Positions 24,922-35,313 of a stretch of DNA of 64,000 nucleotides are shown in pieces; positions within the stretch are counted from its first letter, which is position 1; each line of letters begins with the position of its first letter. The notes below the pieces were generated by a model that worked only from the letters and a program-made list of their open reading frames with translations, was not told the origin of the DNA and made no database searches. A program made the translations under genes and the position numbers. Origin of the DNA: a virus; IMG/VR virus record IMGVR_UViG_3300045988_085064; one strand, written 5' to 3'.

Positions 24922-24924
24922 CAA

Positions 24925-25182
24925 ATGCAAGACGTATTAACCTATGAAGCATGGCTCGAGTCTGTATGTCATATCTGTAATAGCTTGCTGAAAGCGAATG
25001 TAAGCATCATTGGTAATGAATTTAAGGTGGTAGCAAGCAAATATAGATGGATTACATTCATTGATGTAGCGCATATTCGTTACGCATATAGTGTCGGATT
25101 TGAGCCGGCTTGGGGAGCAACTGAGCTGATGAAGCTGATTATTGATGAATGGGACAAATTGCTGGTTGAGGAGGATGATTGA
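24925..25182 (+). CDS. hypothetical protein
   Basis: 85-aa ORF. Confidence 0.5.
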   Translation: MQDVLTYEAWLESVCHICNSLLKANVSIIGNEFKVVASKYRWITFIDVAHIRYAYSVGFEPAWGATELMKLIIDEWDKLLVEEDD

Positions 25183-25909
25183 CATAAAATACGTTGGAAG
25201 CAAGAATCGCCTGAGCAAGTACATCGCGCCTATTATCCAGTCATATATTGATAATATGCCTGATTGCCGTGGTTATTTAGAGCCATTTGTTGGCGGCGCT
25301 AATATGATTGATAAAATTAAATGTCCATGTAAGATTGGTAACGATATTCATAAATATCTGATTGCATTGCTAAATCATGTATCAGAGACAACAGATGATT
25401 TTCCTGATACCATCACAGAAGAAGAATATAATGCTGTAAGAATCAATCCATCCAATTATCCAGATTGGTATGTAGGGTTTGTTGGATTCTGTACGTTCGG
25501 CGCAAAATGGTTTGGCGGCTATCCAAGAAGCTTCAAAGCAGATGGCGTAACGCCAAGAGATATTGCCAATGAAGCTATCCGCAATATCAAGAAGCAAGCA
25601 CCTAAGCTAAAAGGCACAATTTTTGTATGCGGCGATTTCTGGAAATTGAGTGCAAGCAATATGGTTATCTATTGTGACCCGCCTTACCGTGATACAACAA
25701 AATATGCAACAAGCGATTTTGACTATGATAAATTCTATGCTTGGTGTAAAGAGATGGCTAAAACCAATATTGTATTGGTAAGTGAATACTGGATGCCAGA
25801 GGATGGATTTGAATGTATCTGGGAAGGTAAGTTGAAATGCACATTAGATAAATCAAGCCGCATAGATAAAACAGAAAAATTATATAGGTGTATTCCATGC
25901 AAACAGTAA
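25175..25909 (+). CDS. dam: DNA N6-adenine methyltransferase (Dam-like)
   Basis: KYVGSKNRL at the N-terminus, FVGGAN, and the catalytic DPPY motif (IYCDPPYRD). Confidence 0.85.
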   Translation: MIDIKYVGSKNRLSKYIAPIIQSYIDNMPDCRGYLEPFVGGANMIDKIKCPCKIGNDIHKYLIALLNHVSETTDDFPDTITEEEYNAVRINPSNYPDWYVGFVGFCTFGAKWFGGYPRSFKADGVTPRDIANEAIRNIKKQAPKLKGTIFVCGDFWKLSASNMVIYCDPPYRDTTKYATSDFDYDKFYAWCKEMAKTNIVLVSEYWMPEDGFECIWEGKLKCTLDKSSRIDKTEKLYRCIPCKQ

Positions 25910-28065
25910 AATTAACCCCAATGCGCATGATATTCAATAATCCTGAATCCAATTTCTCGATTATATCATGCAGCACTAAGGACGAATCAATAGAAGCCCA
26001 TCCTAAATATGGCACAATCAGTCTAAAAGGGACTGGAATTGCTGATCTAAAAATGGGGCAATCCATTGATTGTATCATAGAGACATGCGTGGATGACAAA
26101 TATAAATATAGCTATAAATTCATTGGTTTTGCTGGATTTGTAGCTAAAGATGGTAAATTCAATCTAACAGAGAAAGCCGAATTACAGACACTACGCAGCT
26201 TAATGACCAATGGGCAAGCTGAATCATGCCATGTAGCATATCCTCATTTTGTTAGTATGGTGCTGAATGGCGAAGAAGCCAAGTTGGACTATAAAAAAAT
26301 TAAAGGTGTAGGCAAGGTACTATTGCCAAGATATATTGCAAAAATCAAGACAATCAACAAGCGCGTTGAATTTATGGGCGAAACATATGCTTGGGGTATT
26401 GAGAATGATGAGGATATAAACAAAATCGCCGCGACATATAAAAATGTATATGAATTTAGCAAGGATATAAACGCTAATCCATATGCCGTTATAATTAACT
26501 TGCTTGAATGGTCATTTGATAGAGTTGATAGAGCAATAATCAATAAAACAGCAATTTGGTTGGATAGCTATGAACGATGTGAAGCGGCTACTATATATGC
26601 TCTAAAGCATAATGAGCTGGACGGCAATACAAGAATGCAAGCCAAGATGCTATTCAATATGGTTAAGCAGAAAACGCCTCAATGCGTTCATCATCTCCTC
26701 GATGTTGTGACGAAATCGGCGCAAGTACACTATGACGCGCCTAGCCAAAATACCGCCCTACAAGCCACATATAGCGCTGAAAAGCATATTGCTGATGTCA
26801 TCAAGAAAAAAATAGCCAATCCACATTATTATCCTATGGATTGGCAGAAGTTTACAAGTGTAGACGGCTTAGAGCTTACAGATGAACAAGCGCAGATTCT
26901 TGAAATGGCTTGTAAGCAAGATGTGATGATGCTGACTGGCTCGGCTGGCGTTGGAAAATCGGCTACAACTAAGGCAATCATTGAGATGCTAGAAGCCAAT
27001 GATTATAGTTATACCCTGTTATCCCCGACCGGTATAGCTACAAAGAGACTAAGAGAAGCAACGGGTCGTAAAGCAAGCACCATTCATATGTTCTTGACTT
27101 GTGACGGCAATCTAGGCGATTATGTACTAATTGATGAGATGGGCATGGTTAGCGTTCATTTACTGTCAATGCTATTCGATAAAGTAACAGACCGTACCAA
27201 AATCATCTTTATAGCCGACCCATCTCAGCTTGCATCTATTGCTTGCGGCAACATTGTGGAGGATATGCTTGATAGCGGCATCGTGCCTGTTTGTAACTTG
27301 ACTAAGGTATTCAGATACAACACATCTGGCATTATTACCATAGCTACTGATGTACGAAATGGAGTAAATGAACACCTGACAGATACTTTCACAGATTATA
27401 AGTTCATTGAAACTGATACATTAGTAATCAATCAAATTGAACAAGAATATGCGTGGCTATTAGCAAATGGGTATAGTAAAGATGATGTGCTGATTCTATC
27501 GCCATTTAATAAGGGCGAAGTTGGCTCATTGGCTATCAATGCGGCGATTCAAGCCAAATTCAATCCAAATGAATTGAGTAAGGTTGGGCATACTGTTAAT
27601 AATGTGCCTATTTATTTCAAAGTTGGCGATAAGGTAATTAACAAAAAGAATGAATATGCTATGCCGCTTGCTGATAATGACGATACGGCTTTTGTAGCCA
27701 ATGGAGATATTGGCACAGTAATGGAGATTGTGCCTGATGGAAAAGAGCCATATATGATTGTGCGATATGATTGCGGCGATTGCATAGTAGATAAGGCGCA
27801 TATTAAGAATACGCTGTTGGCATATGCAATTTCTATTCATAGCTGCCAAGGTAGCCAAGCAAAGGCTGTAATTGTGGTGATTGATAGAAGCCATGTAAGG
27901 ATGTTAAGTCGTAACTTGTGCTATACAGCGGTATCACGTGCACAAGAGCGGCTAATATTGATTGGAGATGAAGTGGCTATTCAAGAGGGATTGAGAGTAC
28001 AAGAGGAAATGGAAAGGAACACAGAATTATGTGAAATGTTACTTGACAAATCAACCAAATCGTGA
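25897..28065 (+). CDS. SF1 ATP-dependent helicase, RecD-like
   Basis: Walker A LTGSAGVGKSATT, Walker B VLIDEMGMV, then SIHSCQGSQA and YTAVSRAQERLILIG. Confidence 0.85.
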   Translation: MQTVKLTPMRMIFNNPESNFSIISCSTKDESIEAHPKYGTISLKGTGIADLKMGQSIDCIIETCVDDKYKYSYKFIGFAGFVAKDGKFNLTEKAELQTLRSLMTNGQAESCHVAYPHFVSMVLNGEEAKLDYKKIKGVGKVLLPRYIAKIKTINKRVEFMGETYAWGIENDEDINKIAATYKNVYEFSKDINANPYAVIINLLEWSFDRVDRAIINKTAIWLDSYERCEAATIYALKHNELDGNTRMQAKMLFNMVKQKTPQCVHHLLDVVTKSAQVHYDAPSQNTALQATYSAEKHIADVIKKKIANPHYYPMDWQKFTSVDGLELTDEQAQILEMACKQDVMMLTGSAGVGKSATTKAIIEMLEANDYSYTLLSPTGIATKRLREATGRKASTIHMFLTCDGNLGDYVLIDEMGMVSVHLLSMLFDKVTDRTKIIFIADPSQLASIACGNIVEDMLDSGIVPVCNLTKVFRYNTSGIITIATDVRNGVNEHLTDTFTDYKFIETDTLVINQIEQEYAWLLANGYSKDDVLILSPFNKGEVGSLAINAAIQAKFNPNELSKVGHTVNNVPIYFKVGDKVINKKNEYAMPLADNDDTAFVANGDIGTVMEIVPDGKEPYMIVRYDCGDCIVDKAHIKNTLLAYAISIHSCQGSQAKAVIVVIDRSHVRMLSRNLCYTAVSRAQERLILIGDEVAIQEGLRVQEEMERNTELCEMLLDKSTKS

Positions 28066-28071
28066 TAGTAT
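28043..28071 (+). promoter_or_regulatory. sigma70-type promoter (P12) inside the helicase 3' end
   Basis: TTGACA 28043-28048, 17-nt spacer, TGaTAGTAT. Confidence 0.55.
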
Positions 28072-28093
28072 ATATGACAAGGAGGTAATGTAA

Positions 28094-28276
28094 TTGAAAG
28101 TAAACCAATTTTATGGCGAGGTATATGATTGTGTTATGCAATCACCTGGCTATATTTTCGATCAATTTGTTCGCGTCCACATTGGCAATCTACTATATGA
28201 TGTTGACCACATTGACACAGTAATTGATATGGATAGCAATAAGCCAAATATTGTTATTCATGTTAAGGAGAAGTAA
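28094..28276 (+). CDS. hypothetical protein
   Basis: TTG start after AAGGAGG. Confidence 0.45.
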   Translation: MKVNQFYGEVYDCVMQSPGYIFDQFVRVHIGNLLYDVDHIDTVIDMDSNKPNIVIHVKEK

Positions 28277-28278
28277 AC

Positions 28279-28659
28279 ATGAAAATGAATAAAGAACAAT
28301 TCAAGAAAATCATTGATACTTATTACGCTCAATCGCCGCCTACTAAATTTGTATTAGCAGTGGATTTTGACCATACACTATGTTACAGCTTATATCCGCT
28401 ATGTGGTGAAGAAACGCCAATTGCAGCATTTATTCGCTCTGTACAGGATTTGGACATGATTATCATTATTGCCACTTGTCGCGAAGGACATGTCGCCGAA
28501 TTTGCTAAAGAATGGCTAAATGCGCATAATATCCGTTGGGATTATTTCAATGAAAATGACCCAGCAAGAATTGAGATATATAAGGATTGCCGCAAGATTT
28601 ATTGCGATATGCTAATTGATGATACTGCGTATTGCTTTAATATGGATGATTTTGAATAA
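28279..28659 (+). CDS. HAD-superfamily phosphatase (nucleotidase-like)
   Basis: DxDxT motif (LAVDFDHTLC). 126 aa. Confidence 0.6.
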   Translation: MKMNKEQFKKIIDTYYAQSPPTKFVLAVDFDHTLCYSLYPLCGEETPIAAFIRSVQDLDMIIIIATCREGHVAEFAKEWLNAHNIRWDYFNENDPARIEIYKDCRKIYCDMLIDDTAYCFNMDDFE

Positions 28660-28674
28660 AAGGAGGACGATTTA

Positions 28675-30939
28675 TTGTTTGTTGAAGAGTGGCTAGGTAA
28701 AGAAAATCAGCTTGGTATTGACATCTGGAATAAGAAATATCAACGTAATAATGAATCTTTTGAAGATTGGCTTGATCGTGTAAGTGGTGGCGATGCAGAT
28801 GTAGCAGAGCTTATTGCTGATAAGAAATTCTTGTTTGGTGGGCGCATCTTGAGCAATCGAGGTATTGATGATGAAAAGGTAACATATAGCAACTGTTATG
28901 TGATTGCGCCTCCAGAAGATAATATTGAGTCAATTTATGATACCGCTAAAAAGCTGGCTCGTACTTATAGTTATGGAGGAGGCTGCGGCATTGACATCAG
29001 TAAACTTGCTCCATGTGGTGCAAAGGTAAATAATCAAGCCAAATCAACATCAGGTGCAGTCAGCTTTATGGACACATTTGGTCAAGTAACAGAGCAGATT
29101 GGTCAGAATGGTAGACGTGGCGCATTGATGATTAGCATTGATTGTACCCATCCAGACCTAGAAAAATTCATTACGGTCAAATCCGACTTGAATAAAGTAA
29201 CATCTGCTAATATCTCAGTTCGCGTCACAGACCGTTTTATGGTAGCAGTCAAAAATAATGAAGATTGGGAATTGTACTATAAGCGTAATGAAACAGGCGA
29301 AGAAATCAAAAAGACTGTAAAAGCACGAGATATTTTTGACCTGTTATGCCGTAATAATTGGGATTATGCTGAACCGGGTATTCTCTATTGGGATAGAATT
29401 ACCAACTGGAATTTGGTAAGTAATGATAAGGATTTTGAATATGCTGGTGTAAATCCATGCGCAGAAGAACCACTACCGGCAGGAGGCTCATGCCTACTTG
29501 GTGCAATCAATCTAGCTGCATTTGCCGATAACGGCAAGTTTGATTGGGATGATTTTAACAGAACTGTAAAGATTTCCGTTAGAGCATTGAATGATGTATT
29601 GGATGAAGGGCTTGAACGCCATCCGCTTGCTGAACAGCGCAAAACAGTAAGAGATTGGCGGCAGATTGGGCTTGGAATCATGGGTTTAGCCGATATGCTA
29701 ATCAAATTAGGTATTGAATACGGCTCTCCTGATTCTATTACTCTATGCGATGCTATTGGCTATTCTATGGCTAGAAATGCCATTGTAGCTAGTGCTAGAG
29801 TAGCTAAGGATAAGGGATGCTATGATAGGTATAGTCAAGATACAGTAGTATCATCTCCATTCTTTACTGAACATATTAAAGAGGATGATTTTGAGTCAAT
29901 TGACCTTATTCAAGTAAACGGGCTAAGAAATAGCCAGCTATTGACAATCGCGCCAACTGGCTCTATTAGCACCATGATTGGTGTATCAGGCGGTATTGAG
30001 CCAATCTTTGCTAACTACTACGAACGTACTACAAAATCCCTGCATGGGCATGATGAGGTATATAAGGTATATACAGCAATTGTCAAGGAATATATGGATG
30101 CTCATGATATTAAAGACGAACTTGGGCTACCATCCTATTTTGTCACATCTGCGACCATTCCCATTAAGCGGCGCATTGATATGCAGTCAGTATGGCAGAA
30201 ACATATTGATGCGAGTATTAGCTCAACTGTTAATCTACCAAATGAGGCGACAGTAGATGATGTGAAAGACCTATATATGTATGCTTGGGAAAAGCATCTA
30301 AAGGGCATCACAGTATATCGTGCAGGATGTAAAAGAGCTGGGATTCTCAATGCTGATACAAAGAAAGACGCTGAGCATAAGTTAGAATGTGCATCTACTA
30401 TTCTCCCTCGCGGCTCAATCATCGAACCAAGTAATGACCTGATTGGCAAAAAGCGCAAAATCCAGACAGGATGTGGCTCACTTCATGTTCTAGCATTCTT
30501 TGACCCTATTGACGGTAATCTACAAGAGGTATATTTTAACAAAGGCTCGACAGGCGGATGCGCTAATTTTATGACAGGTCTAAGCCGAATGGTCAGCCTA
30601 CTATGCCGTGCAGGTGTAGATATTATGACAATTAAAGACCAGCTTGATTCAACTGGGGTATGCCCATCATATGCTACTAGAAAGGCAACTCACCACGATA
30701 CTAGTAAAGGCTCATGTTGTCCTATGGCTATTGGTAATGCTCTAATAGATATGTATAATGAGATGCAAGCAGAACTAGATGATAAAGACGAGGAAGAAAA
30801 GCCAGCTAAGAAAATCGATATGAAGTCTAAAGTTGCCAAAGTAAAAGAAGCTCAGACTTGTCCCGAATGTGGCGAACCTTTAGTATTTGAGGGAGGTTGC
30901 TGCACCTGTAAATCCTGTGGATATACAAAATGTGAATAA
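28675..30939 (+). CDS. nrdJ: ribonucleotide reductase, class II (adenosylcobalamin-dependent type)
   Basis: 754 aa. NPCAEEPLPAGGSCLLGAINL active-site region. C-terminal CPECG...CCTCKSCG zinc ribbon. No NrdB partner is present. Confidence 0.8.
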   Translation: MFVEEWLGKENQLGIDIWNKKYQRNNESFEDWLDRVSGGDADVAELIADKKFLFGGRILSNRGIDDEKVTYSNCYVIAPPEDNIESIYDTAKKLARTYSYGGGCGIDISKLAPCGAKVNNQAKSTSGAVSFMDTFGQVTEQIGQNGRRGALMISIDCTHPDLEKFITVKSDLNKVTSANISVRVTDRFMVAVKNNEDWELYYKRNETGEEIKKTVKARDIFDLLCRNNWDYAEPGILYWDRITNWNLVSNDKDFEYAGVNPCAEEPLPAGGSCLLGAINLAAFADNGKFDWDDFNRTVKISVRALNDVLDEGLERHPLAEQRKTVRDWRQIGLGIMGLADMLIKLGIEYGSPDSITLCDAIGYSMARNAIVASARVAKDKGCYDRYSQDTVVSSPFFTEHIKEDDFESIDLIQVNGLRNSQLLTIAPTGSISTMIGVSGGIEPIFANYYERTTKSLHGHDEVYKVYTAIVKEYMDAHDIKDELGLPSYFVTSATIPIKRRIDMQSVWQKHIDASISSTVNLPNEATVDDVKDLYMYAWEKHLKGITVYRAGCKRAGILNADTKKDAEHKLECASTILPRGSIIEPSNDLIGKKRKIQTGCGSLHVLAFFDPIDGNLQEVYFNKGSTGGCANFMTGLSRMVSLLCRAGVDIMTIKDQLDSTGVCPSYATRKATHHDTSKGSCCPMAIGNALIDMYNEMQAELDDKDEEEKPAKKIDMKSKVAKVKEAQTCPECGEPLVFEGGCCTCKSCGYTKCE

Positions 30940-30957
30940 GATAAGGAGTAAACTAAA

Positions 30958-31182
30958 ATGACAGAAAATCGTATCAATTTCTATCTAGGCAGACTAGGTA
31001 ATGAGGACTGGATTTGTTCATGTGATGAACTAGACCTGATGGGCGAACCAAATAAGGACGATTTGGTATGGCTACCACTAGATGCGCCGGATGAAGAGCG
31101 TGAAATGTATGTGGTCATGCAGAAATATATCTCAGATGATGAACTTAGCTATTTCTGTAAACTATATAATTGGGAGGATTGA
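30958..31182 (+). CDS. hypothetical protein
   Basis: 74-aa ORF with an AAGGAG SD. Confidence 0.45.
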   Translation: MTENRINFYLGRLGNEDWICSCDELDLMGEPNKDDLVWLPLDAPDEEREMYVVMQKYISDDELSYFCKLYNWED

Positions 31183-31186
31183 GCGA

Positions 31187-31435
31187 ATGGAATTTCTGCT
31201 AAGATATTTTATTGATGATAGTGAAAGCTGTGAAGGGCATGAATGGTCATACACCCATGCCGCACGTATGATTATCCCTCGCATTGGTGAGCGCGTATGG
31301 GTCGATGATGACACTTGTGTAGAGGTTGATATGGTCACATATTATCCTAATCGCCATGATGATGACAAGTTATATTTTGTGGATATTGAATGCCATGATA
31401 TTACGGAGGAAAAATGTGATGAGGAGGACTACTAA
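31187..31435 (+). CDS. hypothetical protein
   Basis: ATG 31187 follows GGGAGGA. Confidence 0.45.
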   Translation: MEFLLRYFIDDSESCEGHEWSYTHAARMIIPRIGERVWVDDDTCVEVDMVTYYPNRHDDDKLYFVDIECHDITEEKCDEEDY

Positions 31436-32053
31436 TTGCCTAATGTATCTAATGTTCGTGTATATGGACTAGATGAGGCGATTAGAGCAGCTAAGTACCC
31501 AAAGGCGGTTGAGCTTGACGGCTTGACCGCCGAGCTTACTAAGGGTATTAAGGCTTGCTTGAATTGCCCGACAGGTGAAGGACATGATAATGCTCTGAAT
31601 GGAATTATCGTACAATTTGACCTTACATTCAGCCAGAAAGCATGGGTAGAATTGCAAAGATACCACTTCATTGATTTTGTTTCATCTTGCTCTACAATGC
31701 ACAAGTTACAGAATATGAACCCCAGACTACAATGTAACCGTTATGTAGACCCAAGAACTATTAACATCCTACAAGAAAAGATTAACCGCTATAATTGGCT
31801 AGTTGCTATGAATAAGAAGCCAGAATATAACATCAGCTCAAATGAGCTAAAGCAAGCACGACTTGAGATGCTATATAATATCCCTAGCGGTTTTGAGCTT
31901 ACAGCTGCAATGACCACAAATTATAGGCAACTCAAGACAATCTATCAGCAGAGACGGCATCACGCCCTTCCTGACTGGCAGATGTTCTGTGACTTTTGCG
32001 AGACACTACCTCGATTTCTTGAACTGACACAAAAGGAGAAAAACAATGCTTAA
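31436..32053 (+). CDS. ThyX-like protein with a degenerate signature motif
   Basis: ELQRYHFIDFVSSCSTMH sits where ThyX carries RHRxxSxxxxSxR. TTG start after GAGGAGGA. Neighbours RNR and dUTPase. Confidence 0.5.
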   Translation: MPNVSNVRVYGLDEAIRAAKYPKAVELDGLTAELTKGIKACLNCPTGEGHDNALNGIIVQFDLTFSQKAWVELQRYHFIDFVSSCSTMHKLQNMNPRLQCNRYVDPRTINILQEKINRYNWLVAMNKKPEYNISSNELKQARLEMLYNIPSGFELTAAMTTNYRQLKTIYQQRRHHALPDWQMFCDFCETLPRFLELTQKEKNNA

Positions 32054-32525
32054 CGTTAAAATCAAGCGGTTGTCTGTTAGTGCTTGCATTCCCACCTATG
32101 GTTCTAATAAGGCCGCTGGGCTTGACCTATATGCTAATATTGGTTGTGAATACGCCCGTACTACAGATGGTATGCGTCTTTTCCCAAAGTCCATTGATAT
32201 TGCCCCTCATACCACAGTAAAAGTAGGCACTGGTTTGGCAATTCAGCCCCCGGAAGGCTATTGTGGACTTATCTTTGCCCGTTCTGGACTTGCTACTAAA
32301 CAGGGTCTAAGACCAGCCAACTGTGTTGGCCTTTGTGATGAGGATTATACAGGTGAGTATATTGTTGCTCTGCACAACGATACAGACGAAGCTCAAATCG
32401 TCTATCATGGAGAACGCATTGCACAGCTTGTATTTATGCCCTATGAACGGGTGTCCTTTACCGAAGTAGATGAACTTGATTCTACTGAACGTGGTGATAG
32501 AGGCTTTGGCTCTAGTGGCGTATGA
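32046..32525 (+). CDS. dut: dUTP diphosphatase
   Basis: AAGLDLYA, RSGLATKQGL and the C-terminal GDRGFGSSG motif. Confidence 0.9.
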   Translation: MLNVKIKRLSVSACIPTYGSNKAAGLDLYANIGCEYARTTDGMRLFPKSIDIAPHTTVKVGTGLAIQPPEGYCGLIFARSGLATKQGLRPANCVGLCDEDYTGEYIVALHNDTDEAQIVYHGERIAQLVFMPYERVSFTEVDELDSTERGDRGFGSSGV

Positions 32526-32743
32526 TTCTACCACGGCTACAAATCAATCAAGAAGGAAAATGTAAACTAGAATTATATTATCCAGATGAGACTTGTGATG
32601 AAACAGTATTTAGTATATCTGGAGCAGATAAGCCAATTTGTGAGATGTTCCTAAACATTTTATACATGTCTTTAGATAATTACGATGAAGGCTATAATGA
32701 CGGCTATATTGACGCCATGAATGACATGAATCCTCTAGAGTAA
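32522..32743 (+). CDS. hypothetical protein
   Basis: 73-aa ORF, the last gene of the plus arm. Confidence 0.45.
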   Translation: MILPRLQINQEGKCKLELYYPDETCDETVFSISGADKPICEMFLNILYMSLDNYDEGYNDGYIDAMNDMNPLE

Positions 32744-32746
32744 AAA

Positions 32747-32783
32747 ATAGGGTAGTATAGATTTAATTTCTATACTACCCTAT
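32747..32783. terminator. bidirectional terminator between the convergent arms
   Basis: Perfect 15-bp inverted repeat ATAGGGTAGTATAGA / TCTATACTACCCTAT with a 7-nt loop. Flanked by an A run on one side and T-rich sequence on the other. Confidence 0.75.
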
Positions 32784-32788
32784 AATTA

Positions 32789-33829
32789 TTATGCTCTAGC
32801 TGTATATTTTAGATAAATCCAGCCATTACGATTATTAGAATATGCTTTGAGTAGCCCCCATCCATTTTGTTCTTCGACGATAGTATAGCCACCGCCATAT
32901 GGAATCGATTGTACAATACTGTAGCCAGTACCTGGTCCACTACGGACGTTTAACCCACTCTTAGCTGTAATTCGAACAACATAGCTAGTCTTGTTTGTAT
33001 TTGGTTGGGTATCAGGCTTCACCGCTTCCAGTGCAGCCCAAGTGAGCTTCCCACAGATGCCGTCGGAACTCAGACCTGACTTGCACTGGAAAGCTCGAAC
33101 AACACTATCCGTATAGTCGCCCCAAATACCATCAGCACCCCAAGGACTAAAACTATATCCAGCCTTGATGAGCAACTTTTGCATTCTTGCCACAGCCTCG
33201 CCTCTGTCGCCCTTACGAAGCGTCGGATGATTTGAGGATGTAGGAGTAGAAGGAGTTGCCGGAGTAGAACTACTGCCACCCATCTCTGCCGCGACATCCT
33301 TACGGAGCTTTGCAATATCATAGCCCAGGCCCAGGCCGTCCCAGAGGTGCTGCGGGTCCACATGGTCCGTATTGCTAAGACCCCGCCGGGTGATATCATA
33401 GTGTGTTTCTACTGCTGTATATGGGTCCCAGCCGTACTTCTTACACAGTTGCGCAATCAGCCAAACGGCATTTTTATATGTGGCCTTGGCGTAATTCTGC
33501 GCGGAGGCTAGGTCGGAAACAGTAAACCGAGCGCCTGACGTGTAATGAATCTGACGAGGTTCACCCATTTCAATGCCAAGATACTGAGCATTGCCAGGAC
33601 TACCAATGTGCCAGCATTTATAATTGTCTGGCATACAATGCAAAATAGTTGCATCATCCACCATATAATGAACTACATATTGTGAGCCATTATTTTGCCA
33701 ATAATTATATAGTGCCTTAGCACTTGGTTGTGGTGTACCAATAGAATGTAGCACAACGCCTCTAGGTGTAAATTTTTGAGCTGCCTTGTATCGACTGTTC
33801 CCAGTACAAATTGCTTCTGTAATGACCAT
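32789..33829 (-). CDS. endolysin: N-acetylmuramoyl-L-alanine amidase + PG_binding_1 + SH3-like domain
   Basis: Amidase_2-like VVLHSIG...CWHIGSPGNAQYLGIEM...HVDP. LRKGDRGEAVARMQKLLIKAGY matches a PG-binding repeat. The C-terminal LNVRSGPGTGYSIV is SH3-like. Confidence 0.9.
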   Translation of the reverse strand: MVITEAICTGNSRYKAAQKFTPRGVVLHSIGTPQPSAKALYNYWQNNGSQYVVHYMVDDATILHCMPDNYKCWHIGSPGNAQYLGIEMGEPRQIHYTSGARFTVSDLASAQNYAKATYKNAVWLIAQLCKKYGWDPYTAVETHYDITRRGLSNTDHVDPQHLWDGLGLGYDIAKLRKDVAAEMGGSSSTPATPSTPTSSNHPTLRKGDRGEAVARMQKLLIKAGYSFSPWGADGIWGDYTDSVVRAFQCKSGLSSDGICGKLTWAALEAVKPDTQPNTNKTSYVVRITAKSGLNVRSGPGTGYSIVQSIPYGGGYTIVEEQNGWGLLKAYSNNRNGWIYLKYTARA

Positions 33830-33877
33830 TCAATATCCCTTCCTTTTCTTTATCAAATATAAAATTTCATCTATCTA

Positions 33878-34408
33878 TTAGCCACCAACAGCTTCTTGCA
33901 TTACAATAGTAAACGTCTGGTCGCCTGTATTCTTGACCTGTTTAGCCTCAGTAGTATATCCTTCTCTAGTAGCTGTAACGGTATATGTATCGCCAATGCC
34001 ACTCAGTATGAATTGCTTAGCATTGCCACTAACTGGGTCAACCTCTGTACCATCAACATCAGTCACAGTGATAAGAGCATCCTTTGGCGTTACATCAACA
34101 GTAAGCAGAAAGCCTTCTTGTAGAGTAACAGCGCCCTTAACTACCTTGAAAAAACGTCCATCAAGACCAACGCCGCAATTGCCCCTACTCATAATAGGCG
34201 CACCAATTCCCTCGCCTTCAGAACCATGCAAAGTGATATAGCCAGCACCACCAATTTTGGCTACGGTAAATAATGCGCCATCCCAGAGCTGACCGCAAGT
34301 AGATACTGCTTTACTCTTATCAACGGTTGTTGCATTTACATCACAAATTACACCATCAATAATCTTGAGTCCATCGCCTAAGCGGATGCCACCACAAAAA
34401 TTAGCCAT
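33878..34408 (-). CDS. structural-type protein with C-terminal Ig/PEGA-like beta-sandwich
   Basis: 176 aa. LLTVDVTPKDALITVTDVDGTEV...YTVTATREGYTT. Confidence 0.45.
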   Translation of the reverse strand: MANFCGGIRLGDGLKIIDGVICDVNATTVDKSKAVSTCGQLWDGALFTVAKIGGAGYITLHGSEGEGIGAPIMSRGNCGVGLDGRFFKVVKGAVTLQEGFLLTVDVTPKDALITVTDVDGTEVDPVSGNAKQFILSGIGDTYTVTATREGYTTEAKQVKNTGDQTFTIVMQEAVGG

Positions 34409-34428
34409 ATTTTATTCCCCTCTCTATA

Positions 34429-35241
34429 TTATGCTTTAGCGACCCATGCTAATGCGCCATTTACAATGCCTAGCACCTTGTCATTGTCGGCAGCCGTGAA
34501 TGGTGGCAGAATAGCGTCAACATATGCCTTATCAACTGCGTCATTATCTTCAGTTGGTTCGGCAGTTAGCTTGAGCTTACCTACCATAGTACCACCCGAT
34601 TTAAGGATTGCACTAGCTTGAATTGCACCTGTCTTGCCATCTACATATTCTTTAGTAGTAGCATGATTTGTTGATGTTGGCACACCTACACTAACAGGTA
34701 CATAAGTAGACTGTGTATCAGCCTTAACAAATGCCGCTGTGCCATCATTTGAGCTAGTCAATCTAGGCGCATTTGTGCCGGTTGGTTCAATAGTTGATCC
34801 AATATATAATAGAGCTGGACCGTCCGTGCTAATTCTATGCGCATTAACAATACCATGCTCATTCATATTTAGGTCACTATCAATCTTGCCATCATCGCCA
34901 AGTAGGCTATGCCCATCTACATATGCCTTAGTTGCCGCGTCTTGGTCTGTAACTGGGTCGAGCAGGTCAGTGATTTTATGATTGTTCAAGCTGACCTCTG
35001 ATTCAATAGCCATGCCACTATCTGTATTGCTAATGGACTTAACGCCCATAATATTATTGCCGTTCATGTATAGGTTGCCACTCATAGGCACTGTGCCATC
35101 CGACTTAAAATCGCCTGATGCGCCATCAGCACCAGTTGTACCCTTTATATTAAGCACGGGTCTGCCCTGTGCATCCTTGGTATAATTAAATTGATCTGAA
35201 TTTAATAGATAACCACCATCTGCGGCTCTGATTGTTGCCAT
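34429..35241 (-). CDS. tail-fibre-like protein
   Basis: Contains ATKAYVDG, TTKEYVDG and VDKAYVDA repeats typical of fibre proteins. Confidence 0.55.
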   Translation of the reverse strand: MATIRAADGGYLLNSDQFNYTKDAQGRPVLNIKGTTGADGASGDFKSDGTVPMSGNLYMNGNNIMGVKSISNTDSGMAIESEVSLNNHKITDLLDPVTDQDAATKAYVDGHSLLGDDGKIDSDLNMNEHGIVNAHRISTDGPALLYIGSTIEPTGTNAPRLTSSNDGTAAFVKADTQSTYVPVSVGVPTSTNHATTKEYVDGKTGAIQASAILKSGGTMVGKLKLTAEPTEDNDAVDKAYVDAILPPFTAADNDKVLGIVNGALAWVAKA

Positions 35242-35313
35242 ATATTATCACATCCCTTTCTGAAATAATAATAGAGCACCCTAAATAAAAGGATGCTCTA
35301 TTATTATGTGATA

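Noticed and set aside
11807-30939. Inteins or introns in DnaE, DnaB, the RecD-like helicase or RNR.
   Set aside because: All four are single uninterrupted ORFs of normal length with contiguous motifs. No Hint/LAGLIDADG-like insert was seen.
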